Positions 12,871 to 26,682 of a stretch of 64,000 nucleotides of DNA are shown piece after piece; within the stretch, counting starts at the first letter, position 1; the number at the start of each line of letters is the position of its first letter. The position numbers were made by a program, and so were the translations under genes. Location: positions 57,164,001 to 57,228,000 of the forward strand of contig OX597825.1 of NCBI GenBank assembly GCA_951406725.2, written 5' to 3'. The stretch comes from Octopus vulgaris. Lineage: Eukaryota. Under the pieces are notes generated by a model, which was not told where the DNA came from, ran no database searches, and was given only the letters and a program-made list of their open reading frames with translations.

Positions 12871-13698
12871 AAATCCTTCTAGTGTTTATTCTGTACTGTT
12901 TCTTATGTGTACATCACATACACTACATATTCATGCTTATACCCATTCACTATATCAACATGTATGTACCCATTCACTACATGTCCATGTATCATCATCA
13001 TCATCATCATCATCGTTTAACGTCCGTTCTCCATGCTAGCATGGGTTGGACGGTTCGACCGGGGTTCTGGGAAGCCAGAAGGCTGTACCAGGCTCCAGTC
13101 TAATCTGGCAATATTTCTACAGCTGGATGCCCTTCATAACGCCAACCACTCCGTGAGTGTAGTGGGTGCTTTTTACGTGCCACCTGCACAGGTGCCAGGC
13201 GAGGCTGGCAACGGCCACGGTCGGATTGGTGTATTTTATGTGCCACCGGCACGGAAGCCAGTCGAGGCGGTGCTGGCATCGGCCACGAGTCGGATAGTGC
13301 TTTTTACGTACCACCAGACCAGGGATCCTGGCTGGTTCAATTCGATTTCGATTTCGATTTCGCTTGCCCCAACATGTCTTCACAAGCAAAGGGGTTGGCA
13401 TGGGTGCCTGTCGTACGGTCGCATTGGAGTATTTTACGTGCCACCGGCACGGAAGCCAGTCGAAGCGGCGCTGGCATCGGCCACGAGTCGGATAGTGCTT
13501 TTTACATACCACCAGACCAGGGATCCTGGCTGGTTCAATTCGGTTTCGATTTTCGATTTCGCTTGCCCCAACATGTCTTCGCAAGCAGGGGGGGGTTGGC
13601 ATGAGTGTCTGTCGTCGGATGAGGTTCTATATCAACTTCGCTTGCCTCAACAGGTCTTTGTGTCCAAGGGAGGAAAGGCATTCATAAGTGGGCTGGGC

Positions 13699-14300
13699 TC
13701 ACTTGTCCTGCCTGGTCTTCTCACGTACAGAATATTTCCAAAGGTCTCGGTCGCTGGTCATTTCCTCAGTGAGGCCTAAAGTTCGAAGGTCGTGCTTCAC
13801 CACCTCGTCCCAGGTTTTCCTGGGTCTACCTCTTCCACGGGTTCCCTCAACTGCTAGGGATTGGCACTTTCTCACACACCTATCTTCATCCATTCTCGCC
13901 ACATGACCATACCAGCGCAATCGTCTCTCTTGCACACCACAACTGATGCTTCTTAGGTACAACATTTCTCTCAAGGTGCTAACGCTCTGTCGAGTATGTA
14001 CCCTGACATTACACATCCATCGGAGCATACTGGCTTCATTCCTCGCGAGCTTACGCATGTCCTCAGCAGTCACAGTCCATGTTTCACTGCCATGTAGCAT
14101 GGCTGTTCGTACACACGCATCATACAGTCTGCCTTTTACTCTGAGCAAGAGGCCTTTAGTCACCAGCAGAGGTAAGAGCTCCCTAAACTTTGCCCAGGCT
14201 ATTCTTATTCTAGCAGTTACACTTTCAGCGCACCCACCCCCACTACTGACTTGGTCACCTAGATAACGGAAGCTATCAACTACTTCTAGTTTTTCCCCCA
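13699..14300 (-). pseudogene. RTE ORF C-terminus (FRYLG, MLHGSETW, RLRWYGHV, GRPRKTW)
   Basis: ORF 13699-14364 in the track; continuation of the RT frame after a frameshift. Confidence 0.9.
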
Positions 14301-15317
14301 GAAAGTGACGGAAGTTGTTTTCTGCAGATTTTCGGAGGTTAATGCTCCCGAGCATCTGCCACATACAAAAACTATCTTCCCAGTTAGCCTACCTTTGACA
14401 TTGCTGCACCTCTTATGTGTCCATAGCTTACACTGGGTACATCTTATAGAGTTTTTACCTACACCTTTTCTACAGATCGAGCAGGGCCATCTTCCTGAAG
14501 ACATTTGTGGATTGTCTACCTTCCTACTTATTAGTACTTTGGTTTTAGCTAGGTTGACTCTAAGGCCCCTTGATTCTAAACCCTCCTTCCACACCTGGAA
14601 CTTCTCCTCCAGTTCTGATAGTGACTCAGCAATAAGAGCAAGGTCGTCAGCGTAGAGGAGCTCCCAGGGACAGCCTGTCTTGAATTCCTCCGTAATTGCC
14701 TGGAGTACTATGATAAATAGGAGGGGGCTGAGTACTGAACCCTGGTGGACCCCAACCTCTACTTTGAATTCTTCTGTGTACATGTTGCCAACCCTAACCT
14801 TACTTACGGCATCTCTGTACATGGCTTGCACAGTCCTCACCAGCCATTCATCTATCCCTAGTTTCCTCATTGACCACCAGATAAGGGATCGGGGGATCCT
14901 ATCAAAAGCTTTCTCCATGTCAACAAAAGCCAGGTACAGGGGCTTATCTTTGGCTAGGTATTTCTCCTGCAGCTGCCTTACCAGGAATATAGCATCAGTG
15001 GTACTTTTCCCTGGCACGAACCCAAACTGCATCTCATCTAAACTAACTCTCTCTCTAATTAGTTGGGCTATGACCCTCTCTGTAACCTTCATTACTTGAT
15101 CCAACAGCTTGATACCTCTGTAATTATTTGTATCTAGGGCATCACCTTTACCTTTGTAGCAGTTGACTAGTATGCTGCTGCACCAGTCATTGGGTATGAC
15201 TCCTTCGTGTATCACCTGGTTGACTATACGGGTGACTAGGTTATAGCCGACACTGCCAGATATTTTGAGCATCTCTGCAGTAATTCCTGATGGGCCTGGG
15301 GCTTTCCCTGTCTTCAT
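14286..15317 (-). pseudogene. RTE reverse transcriptase (KAPGPSG, QFGF, FVDMEKAFD, GVHQGSVLSPLLF, LYADD) with Cys-rich insert
   Basis: ORF track; frameshifts near 14300 into ORF 13699-14364. Confidence 0.93.
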
Positions 15318-15649
15318 GCTTCTAATTGTTGTTTATATGTTGATATCTTAATTGCTTCAAAGATACACTGAAAGCCTCACTGAAGTACTGTTAGATCAAC
15401 CTCAACACCTGGGAAATGTAGGCACAAGACCACCCTGCCTGGTGTAGCTGCACCAACAGAGATGCCACCTTCTACAAACAGAACAGGAGCACAAAGAAAA
15501 TGTGAGATGTGCAAGTCCAGAGTCAACTCCTTGCCTGCCTTCATTCCCAGTGCCTGACCTGCAGCAGAACCTCCCAAACATGCATTGACCTGATCAGTCA
15601 CAACCGGTTGTACCATGACCCATCCTCTTCTCCCATGGGATATCCTGGT

Positions 15650-16190
15650 CATCATCAACAATGACAGGTGAACCCTATTATTATTACTCCCTGCTACTCC
15701 CTGTTGTGTCCTCAATCACTTCTACTCTCCTCATATCTTGAGAGTTCACCCTGACACTTCAACACCACCATTGTCTATCTCTTTCCAACTCCCCCTCCAG
15801 CTACTGCCACTCTCTCTTCCAAAACATGAGTAGCCATGTTGTTCCTCTACAGCAAGAAACCTGTTTTGGCCCCTTCTCTCATACTTTAACCTTTCATCCC
15901 ATAACATAAAGCTACATCCCTCTCTACAGTTGCCCCATTCAATCAAAGAAGATCTTAAATTATGCAGGCTGCATAGCAACCTCACAAGTGATGGTGTCAC
16001 AGAAAAAAGCACTAAGTACATGTTCTAAAGTGCTTGGCATTAGGAAGTGCATCCAGCCATAAAGATCATGCTATCAAAGACATTGGAGCATGATGCAATC
16101 CTCTGATCATTGAATCCTGTCAAACTGTTCAACCCTTGCCAATATGGAACATAAACGTTATATGATCATGATTATGATGATGATGATGCC
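15650..16190 (+). mobile_element. Degenerate RTE 3' UTR/tail with CT-rich body
   Basis: Ends GGCATTAGGAAGTGCATCCAGC...AAACGTTATATGAT(GAT)n; 5' boundary uncertain. Confidence 0.5.
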
Positions 16191-17153
16191 AATGATGTAT
16201 TTAAAGCAGAAACCATTATGCAGAGCTGCATGTAAAAATCTTTGAAGTAATATTTAATTATTTCTCTTCATATTCTGATTTCAAATTCCCACTGGGTAAA
16301 CTTTACTTTTTCCTCCTTCAGGGCTAATAAAATAAGCACCTGTAGTGAACTGGCAAAGCTGGTAGACATAATATCTACAAACCTTTGAGTTCTGAGTTCA
16401 AATTCTACCTGAGTCAACTTGGTCTTTCATCCTTCTAAGGTCAGTAAAATAAAGTACCAGTCCAGAACTGTGGGTCAAAAGAATTGTTAGGGCATAAATT
16501 AAAATGATTTATGTTTTTGTTCCATCTCTTTATGTTCTGTGTACCCATGTTGGTGCATCAAGCTTGTCTGCACCATCTCTACAAGGTGTGTCTTGTAAAA
16601 AAAAATATCTGAAAGAAAGCAATGGGAAATAGACTTTTGAATTCTGCCAAGAAAATTCTATAGAAGCCATCACCATCATCATCATTGTCATCATAATAAT
16701 GGTTTCTGATTTTTATTACAAGGCCAGCGGTTTTGAGGGGAGAGTGAGTCAGTCAGTTATATCAACCTCATTATTTATCTGGTACTTTATTTCGACAACC
16801 CTGGTGAGATGTAAGACAGATAACTTTGGCCAGGGTTTGAACTCTGAATGTAAAGATCTGGAAGCATTAAAGTGAAATAACTTTACTTAGGAAATAGCTG
16901 TGGATGGTACACATATCTTTCATGTGTTCCAGACCAAAGGTGGAGGCCATGCTGAGGAACTGCCATTATAATTTTTTTTTTTTTTTGCTTTTTGTTGTTA
17001 GATTTAAATGCTTATCAGTATTATGAGAATAGACAGATACATTCATTGGCAGAAGGGAAAGTAGATATAAGTAATTAGACTGACAGGTAGAGAGACAGAC
17101 AGATAGATATTACAGTGTTTATTCTGTTGTGAAGCATTTTGTATACAATAGTT

Positions 17154-17227
17154 GTTTGATATACATCAGTTCATGTTTTGTATTTCTATGTTTGATATAC
17201 ATAAGTTCATGTTTTGTATTTCTATGT
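17154..17227. repeat. 36-bp tandem duplication
   Basis: GTTTGATATACAT(C/A)AGTTCATGTTTTGTATTTCTAT twice. Confidence 0.85.
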
Positions 17228-17419
17228 ATATATGTTCATTACATACAGTTTATATAGTCCCGTTAATAATATAGAATGTTTGTATCTATCATAATTCAGT
17301 GAGTAAGCTCATGTTCGTTCCTATCTACATATAATCATATGAATATGGTTTGTATTTATTCATTCATTTTGTAAAATATGTAATGAAGGTTGTAATTTAA
17401 TTAAAATATATGAATAAGT

Positions 17420-17625
17420 AAGGTGGTGATCTGGCAGAATCATTAGCATACTGGGTAAAATGATGGGCAGTATTTTATCCATCTTTACATTCTGAGTTCA
17501 AATTCTGCAAAAGTCGACTTTGCCTTTCATCCTTTCAGAGTTGAAATAAATACCAGCTGAACTCTGTAATTGACTTATTCCCTCCCTGAAATTGCTGGCT
17601 TTGTACCAAAATTTGAAACCGTTTT
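17420..17625 (+). mobile_element. SINE family B, near full length
   Basis: AGGTGGTGATCTGGCAGAATCATTAGC...CTGAGTTCAAATTC...GTCGACTTTGCCTTTCATCCTTTC...GCTGGCTTTGTACCAAAATTTGAAACC. Confidence 0.75.
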
Positions 17626-19132
17626 ATTAGTGTAAGTTTTATCTTTTTAATTCATTTTTTATTTCCTTAAACTAAAAAGCACATCATATCTATCAAATCT
17701 ATTAAAAGAAGAGATAAAGAAGCCATACTTTTTAAGTTCATTTCAATTATATTCAAAAGTACAGTTTTGATTAAATAGCAAGATTTCAAAAGAATTTTTC
17801 GAAATTCCTTGCTTGTTTTTAATATATTAACATGATGTTTACAAATATGGTGACTTACAGTGTGGAATTTCCACAAGTCCCACAAATAATAATAATTGTT
17901 TTAAATTTTGGCAGGAGACCAACAATTTTTAGAGGAGAGGGTTGGTTGATTACACTGACCTTTGTACTTGACTGTTACATATTTTATTGATCCTGGAAGG
18001 ATGAAAGGTAAAGTTGACACCAGTGGGATTTGAATTTAGAGCGTAAAAGAGCTGGAAATAATGCCGTTAAGCATGTCCAATGCATTAATAATTCTGCTAA
18101 TCCACTACTCATAATAATAATGATGATGATGATAATGATTTCGCTTAATGATTGTAATTCTTAAGGTGATGTGATATGATAAGCAACCATTATTAATGCT
18201 CCCACCCTATCAGCAGATTTAGGTGAGGGTGTGGTACAAACAGGCAACAAAACTGTAAATCATGTAAAATGCCACTACATGCATCCTTAACAATATCAGT
18301 TCCTTGCCCCGCCCTTAATCTAGCTTATTAGGAGCAACTACTTGAGAATAAACTTTACACTAAGAATTCTTCTTCCCATTCCATCCCATTATATGCATAT
18401 TCTCTTTTATTCTGCAATTTCTGTTTCTTTGAGATGGATTGGTAACTTTCACTTGCCATATTTTCTTTGTGCTCTTGCACAGGAAAAAAAAAATGAGAAC
18501 TAATCGTCTTTGTTGTCTGCTTGAAAAGAAAAATCAAACAAAAAACAAGAAAAGAAAACAGTACGAGAAGAATTTCCAGATATTTTTTTCTTTTTTTTTA
18601 CCAAGAATGCAGCACAAATATTTTTAAAGGAATTGTCTTCAGCAACAGAAAAAGCACTTTATTTTACTCAACAACATGTAAGTACAGGGAATCAGTGAAG
18701 AAGGGAAGAAAAAGCCGTGAAAAAAATTTACAAAAGTTTCTATTCCAACCGTTGTGCTGCACAAGAAATTCTTAAACTCAGTCTTCAGCAACATGAGTGC
18801 TCTGTTTTTATATTACTTTTAAAATCAGTTAAAGGCAGAGCTGGAATATGGTTGAAACAAATCCAATAACTGAGTCTTCAGCATTTTCATGACATTGGCA
18901 CAAGGCCACACATCTGGGAGAAAAGAATGGCTGATTAAATCACCCTAGTAAATGACTGAAAATATATTTTAGCAAATTTGAAAAGACAAAATTTCAAGTC
19001 TATAGTAGTTAATGTTCAGGACTCAAAATACAAAAGGATGTGCTAATTTCTACACGGTATTATATTCGATACGTTACCTATGCTACCAATCCATCACCAC
19101 CACCACCACCATAATGATAATGGTAATAATTA

Positions 19133-19790
19133 TGGTTTCAAATTTTGTCACAAGGGCAGAAATTTTACGGGAGGGGATGAGTTGATTACATTAACCCCAG
19201 TGTTCAACTGGTACTTATTTTATTGGCCCTGTAAGGTTGAAAGGAAAAGTCGACATTGGTGGAATGTGAACTCAGAATGTAAAGACAGACAAAATGCCAC
19301 TAAGAATTTTGCTCAGTATGCTAACAATTCTGCCAGCTTGCCACCTTAAAAATAATAATAATAATAATAATGATGATGATGATCCTTTCTACTATAGGTA
19401 CATGGAACTGAAATTTGGGGTAATGGGATAGTAATTACATCAACACCAAAACAATGAAAAGCAATGTTAACTTTGGCAGAATTTGAACTTAGAACATGAA
19501 AAACATGACAAAATACTGCTAAGCATTTCACCCAGTGTGCTAACAATTCTGTCAGCTCTCCACTTTTTGTCATGACAATAATAATCCTTTCTCCTAAAGA
19601 AAGGCACAGGGCCTGAAAATTTTGGGGAGGGAACTAGTCGATTACATCAACCCCAGTGTTTCACTGGTACTTAAAAAGAGTGAAAGGCAAAGTCAACCTT
19701 GGTGGAATTTGAACTCAGGATGTAAAGACAGACGAAATGCCACTAAGCATTTTGCCTGGTGTGTTAATGGTTCTGCCAGCTTGCCGCCTG
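19133..19790 (-). mobile_element. Three tandem SINE family B copies separated by (TAA)/(TGA) tails
   Basis: Copies at ~19133-19347, ~19383-19565 and ~19585-19790, all on the minus strand. Confidence 0.75.
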
Positions 19791-19799
19791 TTTTTTTTT

Positions 19800-19813
19800 A
19801 TTATAATAATAAC

Positions 19814-19854
<41 letters not shown>

Positions 19855-19871
19855 TAATAATAATAATAACA

Positions 19872-19903
<32 letters not shown>

Positions 19904-19922
19904 GTTATTATTATTATTATTA
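19800..19922. repeat. (TAA)n / (TTA)n inverted microsatellite
   Basis: Direct inspection. Confidence 0.9.
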
Positions 19923-20224
19923 GCCAGAGATGATTTTTAAGATGAGAATATCTGGAATAAACTTGATTGCTCTCACAAACGAGAAAACTAAAAATGATCT
20001 CGACTGCTCTAAAAAATTAAGTAAAAAAAACAAGAAAAATAATCCAGAATCCTTATCTGGTACGGAATTGATCCCAAAATCTAATCAATTCATGCCAGTC
20101 ATGAGGCCAAACATCCCTGAAAGTTTCATCCAAATCCATCTAGCAGTTCTTGAGATATCTTGTTCATTGACGGACAAACAAACATAACTGCAAACAATAT
20201 CTCTGCCTTTGCTAAGGTGAAGGT
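19923..20224 (+). mobile_element. Helentron/HINE (DINE-1-like) non-autonomous element
   Basis: AAGTTTCATCCAAATCCATC...GACGGACAAACAAAC and terminal hairpin CTCTGCCTT-TGCT-AAGGTGAAG, followed by GTAATAAT. Confidence 0.5.
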
Positions 20225-20243
20225 AATAATAGTAATAATAATA

Positions 20244-21360
20244 ATGAAACTTGACAGAAAAACTAGGAAGCTGTTGATGTATGGAGCCCACCATCCAAAA
20301 GCTGATATCAACCGGCTGTACTTGAGGAGAGACCAGGGTAGAAGAGGCTTAATTGCAGTAGAAGAATGTGTACAGATAGAAAGAAAAAGTCTAGTAGAGT
20401 ATTTAGAGAGCAGCACAGAAAAACTATTAAAGAACAGGTGATGAAGCACATAATAAGAGCAAAGGACAAGAATAAAATACAAAGTGAGCATGTCAGACAG
20501 GTTGAAGGGAAACCTCTGCATGGCCAATTTTGGAGAGCCACTGAAGATGTATGTGAAACAAAATCTTGGGCTTAGTTAATAAAAAGGGTAATTAAAAAAA
20601 GAAACAGAGAGCCTAATTGTAGCAGCTCAAGATCAAGTGATAAAATCAAACAACTTAAGAAAAAATATATGGAGCGAATGTGTCAGAAAAATGTAGAGCT
20701 TGTAGAATTTGGAATGAGACAGTGGTACACATTGTGGAAGAACGCTCCGAGTTGGCACAGGAAGAAAATAAGAATTGGAGGCACAACCAGGTTGCAAAAG
20801 TTTTACACTGTAAATAAACTGTGCCAGAAATAGAGATTTGAAGCTGGAAATACACAATACAATCATTGAGTCAAAAGTACAGAAATCAGAGAAATGTAAA
20901 ATTTTGTAGCAATTTCCTATTCAAATGGACAAGAAATTAGAAAATAATAGACCAGACATAACAATTATAGATAAAGGAAAACAAGGTTGCTTACTTATTG
21001 ACCCATCATGTCCATCTGATTCAAGGATCATGAAAAAAGGAGAAAAACAAAAAAATACAATCCCATAAAATTTGAAATAGGAAGACTTTGGAGGATGCAA
21101 ACAGTAATGGTTGTGCCTATAATAATTGGTGCATTGGAGCAGGAAGCAAAGATGTAGACAAATGGCTGAAGGAGACTTGAATAGAATACCTGGTAGAGCA
21201 CCTTCAGAAAATTTGTCTATTAGGGACAGTAAGGATTATCAGAAAGGTTCTAAGCACTTGAAAAACTGCTGGAAATTTGTGGATACCTAAAGTTACAGGT
21301 AGTAACCCGCTACCCACATAATTCCTACCGGGAATAAGACCAAACCAAAATAACCAGAAG
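20244..21360 (+). mobile_element. Dong/R4-clade non-LTR retrotransposon 3' remnant (restriction-like endonuclease) inserted in (TAA)n
   Basis: KLDRKTRKLL..HHPKADINRLYLRR..GRRGL, KPLHGQF, AAQDQ, RHNQVAK, NRPDITIID, VVPIIIGAL motifs across broken frames. Confidence 0.85.
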
Positions 21361-21367
21361 AAAATTC

Positions 21368-21555
21368 TAACTGGGCTTCACCTGCAAGGTCATGCGCTGT
21401 TTTATCTTGATATGAGATCACCATGTCGTGCACATATGGATGTGATGCATGTGCCTAGTGTACCCTTATCAGACGGGTAGTCATGATGGGTATACTGGGC
21501 TTCATATATTTTACCCCAGTTTCACTTTGATGGCATGCACTGCTCTCACACTCAA
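21368..21555 (+). mobile_element. Short 3'-end fragment of a second (TAA)n-associated retroelement
   Basis: GC-richer block ending ..CTCACACTC followed directly by (AAT)n; family not established. Confidence 0.35.
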
Positions 21556-21709
21556 TAATAATAATAATAATAATAATCTTTTCTGCTATAAGCACAAGGC
21601 CTGAAATTTGGGGGATGGGCATAGTTGATTACATTAACTCCAGTACTCAACTGGTACTTATTCTATCAACCCTGAAAGGATGAAAAGCAAAGTTGAATTG
21701 GCAGAATTT

Positions 21710-22010
<301 letters not shown>

Positions 22011-22994
22011 CTTTCTGCCATTGGTTTAAGGCTTGAAATTTTGGGGGAAGGGGTTATTCAATTACTTCAATCTCAGTGCTCAAATGGTACTTATTTTATC
22101 AACCCTGAAAGGATGAAAGGCAAAGTCAATCTTTGTGGAATTTGAACTCAGACCATAAAGCTGGAAAAAATACCTCAAAGCATTTTGTCCTGTTGCTCAT
22201 GATTTCATCAGCTCACAAGCCTTTCGTTTCAAATTCTGGTACATGGCCAGCAATTTTCGAAGAAGGGGTTTAGTCATTACATTGACCTGAGTACATACTA
22301 GTACTTTGTTTTATTGAACCTGGAAGGATGAATGGCAAAGCTGACCTTGGTGAGTTTTAACCGCCCAATATAAAGATCTGGAAAAAACACTACTAATAAC
22401 TAATGAATCTTGATGATGATGATAATAATGATGATGATAATTGCGATGATTATGATGAGGAGGAGGAGGAGGAGAAAAAGGATGGTAAGTGTTTTTAACA
22501 TTGGCCCAAGGTCACCATTTTTTGTGGCATGGCATGGAACATTAATCTCAATTTATGACAGCAAGCAAGAGATGCACAACTTCAGTTTATATTTGGTGTC
22601 AAATTACTTCTTAATACAATTTATATGCCATTATCAAAAATAATAGTGTGCATTAAGTGAGAGAAGGCTTTCTCAAATAAATTATCTAAACTACTTTGGA
22701 GTATTTTGGGTGGAGTACATGTAGTTTGTTTATAGTAAATAACAGGATGTAAAGGTGGAATTTTGCTTCCTAAATGCTTTTAAATATTTCTTGAGAGGAT
22801 GGCTGGACCAAACTACAAAATATCAGCACAACCATATGGTGGGGTCAACAGGCCACACCCTATCAAATAGTCCAGATTATTTTACATATACTTATTATCT
22901 TCTAGACTATTATTTCAACTACGGAGTCTTTATTTACATCGTTTACACTTTACATGATGTCTCAATCTGTTTCATCTCAAATCATTGTTCTGAG

Positions 22995-23170
22995 ATATGC
23001 ACATGGCTCCAGAATGGATCCTGGAATATGTAAATGGCTACCGACTAGATTCCTGGATATGTAAATAACAGCACACTGAATTGTGGGATGTGTACATGGC
23101 TCCATGCTGGATTCTTGGGCATTGACATGGTTCCAGGCTGGATTCTTGGATATGTAAATGGCTCCAGATG
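22995..23170. repeat. ~31-bp minisatellite, about 6 units
   Basis: ATATGTAAATGGCTCCAGnnTGGATTCTTGG-like unit at ~22995, 23026, 23057, 23088, 23120, 23150. Confidence 0.75.
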
Positions 23171-23268
23171 AGATTAAAACCAGAAACCATTGTTTCTAAA
23201 CTTAAGGATAATAAGGTCTTTCTCTAGTAAGACTAATTATCATACACACACTTAGACGAACACATGCA

Positions 23269-23320
<52 letters not shown>

Positions 23321-24258
23321 CACGCTCATGCAGATATGCATACAAAACTAACTGCGATTATTACAGAGACATTGGATACAATATTGATTTCAAATTTTGG
23401 TACAAGGCCTGCAAGTCTGAGGGGAAGGGTGTAAGTCAATTACATCGACCCTTGTGCTCCACTGGTGCTTAGTTTATTGACCCCCCCCACACACACACAC
23501 ACTCATCAGAAGGACAAAAGGAAGTCAATCTTGGTGGAATATGAATGTAAAGACATATGAAATGCTGCTAAGCATTTTGCCCAGCTTGCTAACAATTCTG
23601 CCGGCTAGCCAGCTTGTACATTGGTTATAATATTCACAAGACAAACAGGGATTATAACATAGACATGTTGGCATGTTCTTCATGAGAAGACTAACAGTGA
23701 TTCTTACAGACACATTAGTATAATCTGCAGTTGTAGATATTTGTTAGACTATTTCTTGACTAATAATTCCAAGTCACTGTCACCATAAATCTGCCATAGA
23801 TAGGATTCTAGATGAGGTGACTTGAAAGAGAAGGGAACTTGAAGAGGACCTGGTGTTTATAATCTAAAGAGAACCAGAAAAGGAAATGGTACATGCTGTT
23901 GGCTTTGTGGTGATATCTGACTGGGCAAACCTATGATTAAAAATTTTCCAACAATCGTCATCCAGTTTCTGTATGTACATGTATAGTAATCAACGTGTTC
24001 TTCTTTAAGACTGTAAAGGGGTTGAGTAACTTTAAGCTGCTAGTTCTAGCAGGTCAAGAAACCATTGAGAGGCTCTCTTACTTGGTGAAGAACTGACACA
24101 TTTTTGGGAGGAAGTGAGACTGGCTGTCTTCAGCTATGCATATGTGTTAATATAAGTTATGCCTATATCTGTATATGTGCTGCATAAGATATGCACAGAA
24201 CAAATTAAATAGTGCATAAAAAATTGGATGATTATACACACACACACACACACACATA

Positions 24259-24380
<122 letters not shown>

Positions 24381-24499
24381 GAGAGTGAGAGAGAGATGTA
24401 TGCATATGTAGTTTTTAAGTTTGAGATAATGTATGGCCAACTTTAATATTGCGTCAATCCCACTGCATTCCTATTACACTTACTTGATGATATAAAACA

Positions 24500-24538
<39 letters not shown>

Positions 24539-24959
24539 GTGTATAATTGTATGCATGTATATATATATATATATATGGATAAACACACAATATATATATA
24601 TATATATATATATCATATGTATTAAGCAGGCAATGAGTACAAAGATAGTGTGGAGGGGGAACAAGTTTTAATAAATGTGTTAGTTTGACTAGTTTGACAC
24701 TTAGAAAGACAGGAATATAAATGTGTAATGCAAGTACATGGATGCATGTATAGATATGCCTACATACATATATATATCATCATCATCATCATCATCATCA
24801 TCATTTAACGTGCGCTTTCCATGCTAGCATGGATTGGACGATTTCACTGAGGACTGGCGAACCAGATGGCTGCACCAGGCTCCAGTCTAATCTGGCAAAG
24901 TTTCTACAGCTGGATGCTCTTCCTAATGCCAACCACTCACTCTGATATATATATATGTG

Positions 24960-24991
<32 letters not shown>

Positions 24992-24993
<2 letters not shown>

Positions 24994-25250
24994 GAGACAT
25001 GTGGCTTAGTGGTTAGAATGTTGCATGTTTGCACTCATGATAGTAAGATCATAGTTTTGATTCCTGGAATCGGCAATGCATTGTGGTCTTGAGCAAAACA
25101 CTTCATTTCACATTGCTCCTGTCCACTTGGCTGACAAAAATAAGTAATCCTGCAATGGTCCAACAACCTGTCCAGTGAGAGAGTATATATATATGCCACG
25201 AAACCCAGGAAATCAACTTTATGAGCCTAAGACTTGGGAATGACCTTTGA
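24992..25250 (+). mobile_element. SINE family C variant (tRNA head, TTGAGCAAAACACTT centre)
   Basis: TGGCTTAGTGGTTAG A-box, GTTTTGATTCC B-box-like, centre shared with 28805-29136. Confidence 0.6.
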
Positions 25251-25454
25251 TCGTTTTGTGTGTGTGTGTGTGTGTGTGTGCTTGTGTGTATGTGTAAAAT
25301 AATAATAATTATCCTCATCTATAATTTGTAATAATGTGAAAGAATCAAGAAACACCAACAGCAGGGCAAACAACTCCAGCAGTCAAGTACATTAAGGAAT
25401 CAGAAAAGCCAGTGGAGACATCAAAAAGGACAGATAGTGTACAATATAGGATCA

Positions 25455-26103
25455 ACTATGGGATATGGAAGTTGACCTAGAGAAAAGATTGCAGTTTCCC
25501 CTGGTCATCCAGATATTCTTGAAGCCAGATGTAGTTTTGTAGTCTGTAAAGTCAAAGAAAGTGATCCTGATCAAGCTTACAGTCCCCTTGCAGCAGTGAC
25601 CCATGCACTGGAGAATCCAGCACAGCACACCAAAGAAGACATGGGCAAAACAAATTGTGGAAGACCTGAAGGTATAATGCCTCGACCACAGGCATTCTAA
25701 GGGCAGCACCTGGATCAGAAAGTGTGAAATAACATCATCACCAGAGACTATCATCCAGTAGCACTCACAGCAGCATATTGGTTGTGAGGACAGCCTTTCC
25801 CTCCAGTTGCCAGATTAAAGAACAATAGAAGAAGGGTGCGATCAAGCCATTGAATGGAAGTGTGACAATTACCAGAGCCTTTTGAACAACTGTAAGGAGA
25901 AAAGATGGTAGTCATGGCTATACCCAATTAAGGTTAGCTTTAGAGGATTCCATGCACAGTCAGTATAGAGAATGCTTAAAGCCACTGAAATAATAGGAAT
26001 AAAGTGAATTTTAGTTGTGCACATGATATGAGAGGCAACAGAAAATCCCCCTTGCTGGTTATGGAGCAAGAGAAGGAAGTTAAGCTGGAAGCCAGGAGGA
26101 GAT
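25455..26103 (+). mobile_element. Hero/NeSL-like non-LTR remnant, restriction-like endonuclease C-terminus
   Basis: WDMEVDLEKRLQFP..LKPDVVL*S..KKVILIKLTVP, then CKEKRW*SWLYPIKVSFRGF and CWLWSKR; separated by ~230 bp of unrelated sequence. Confidence 0.65.
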
Positions 26104-26284
26104 GATGAGCAATGATTTGGCTACCTCTGCTGGCCCACCTATGTGAGGGTGTTGAAAAATCCAATGATCATTGGATACCATCTGATACTATCAACCCCTC
26201 CTGATCAAGATACATTCCAGCAAAGGTGGATGAACAGGAAGCATCTTCTTCTAGATGCCATCAATAACATATATATATGTGTGT

Positions 26285-26644
26285 TTGCCAGACTCGTCTG
26301 GCACCACCATCTGTTCGTGGCCGTTGCCAGCGCCGCCCCGACTGGCCTTGTGCCAGTGGCGCGTAAAAAGCACCATCCGTTCGTGGCCATTGCCAGCCTT
26401 GCCTGGCCCTGTGCCAGTGGCACGTAAAAAGCACCATCCATCCGTGGCCGTTTGCCAGCTCCGTCTGGCACCTGTGCGGGTGGCATGTAAAAAGCACCCA
26501 CTACAATCACAGAGTGGTTGGCGTTAGGAAGGGCATCCAGCCGTAGAAACACTGCCAGATCAGACTGGGCCTGATGCAGCCTTCTGGCTTCACAGACCCC
26601 AGTTGAACCGTCCAACCCATGCTAGCATGGAAAGCGGACGCTAA

Positions 26645-26682
<38 letters not shown>
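26285..26682 (+). mobile_element. RTE 3' UTR fragment with three hairpin repeat units and (GAT)n tail
   Basis: GTGCCnGTGGCAC-GTAAAAAGCACC units at 26350, 26411, 26474; tail GAAAGCGGACGCTAAAT(GAT)n. Confidence 0.85.

Larger units (their letters stand above)
12990..15326 (-). mobile_element. Young 5'-truncated RTE-clade LINE
   Basis: RT ORF plus C-terminal ORF, ~700-bp 3' UTR with internal repeats, (GAT)n tail at 12990-13013. Confidence 0.95.

Noticed and set aside
13160-13520. CRISPR-like appearance (palindromic ~25-bp repeat with ~40-bp linkers)
   Set aside because: Linkers are homologous to each other, the array is part of a eukaryotic RTE 3' UTR, and no cas genes are present.
13033-13779. 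248-aa + strand ORF with internal repeat
   Set aside because: Antisense of the GC-rich RTE 3' UTR; not kept open in other copies.
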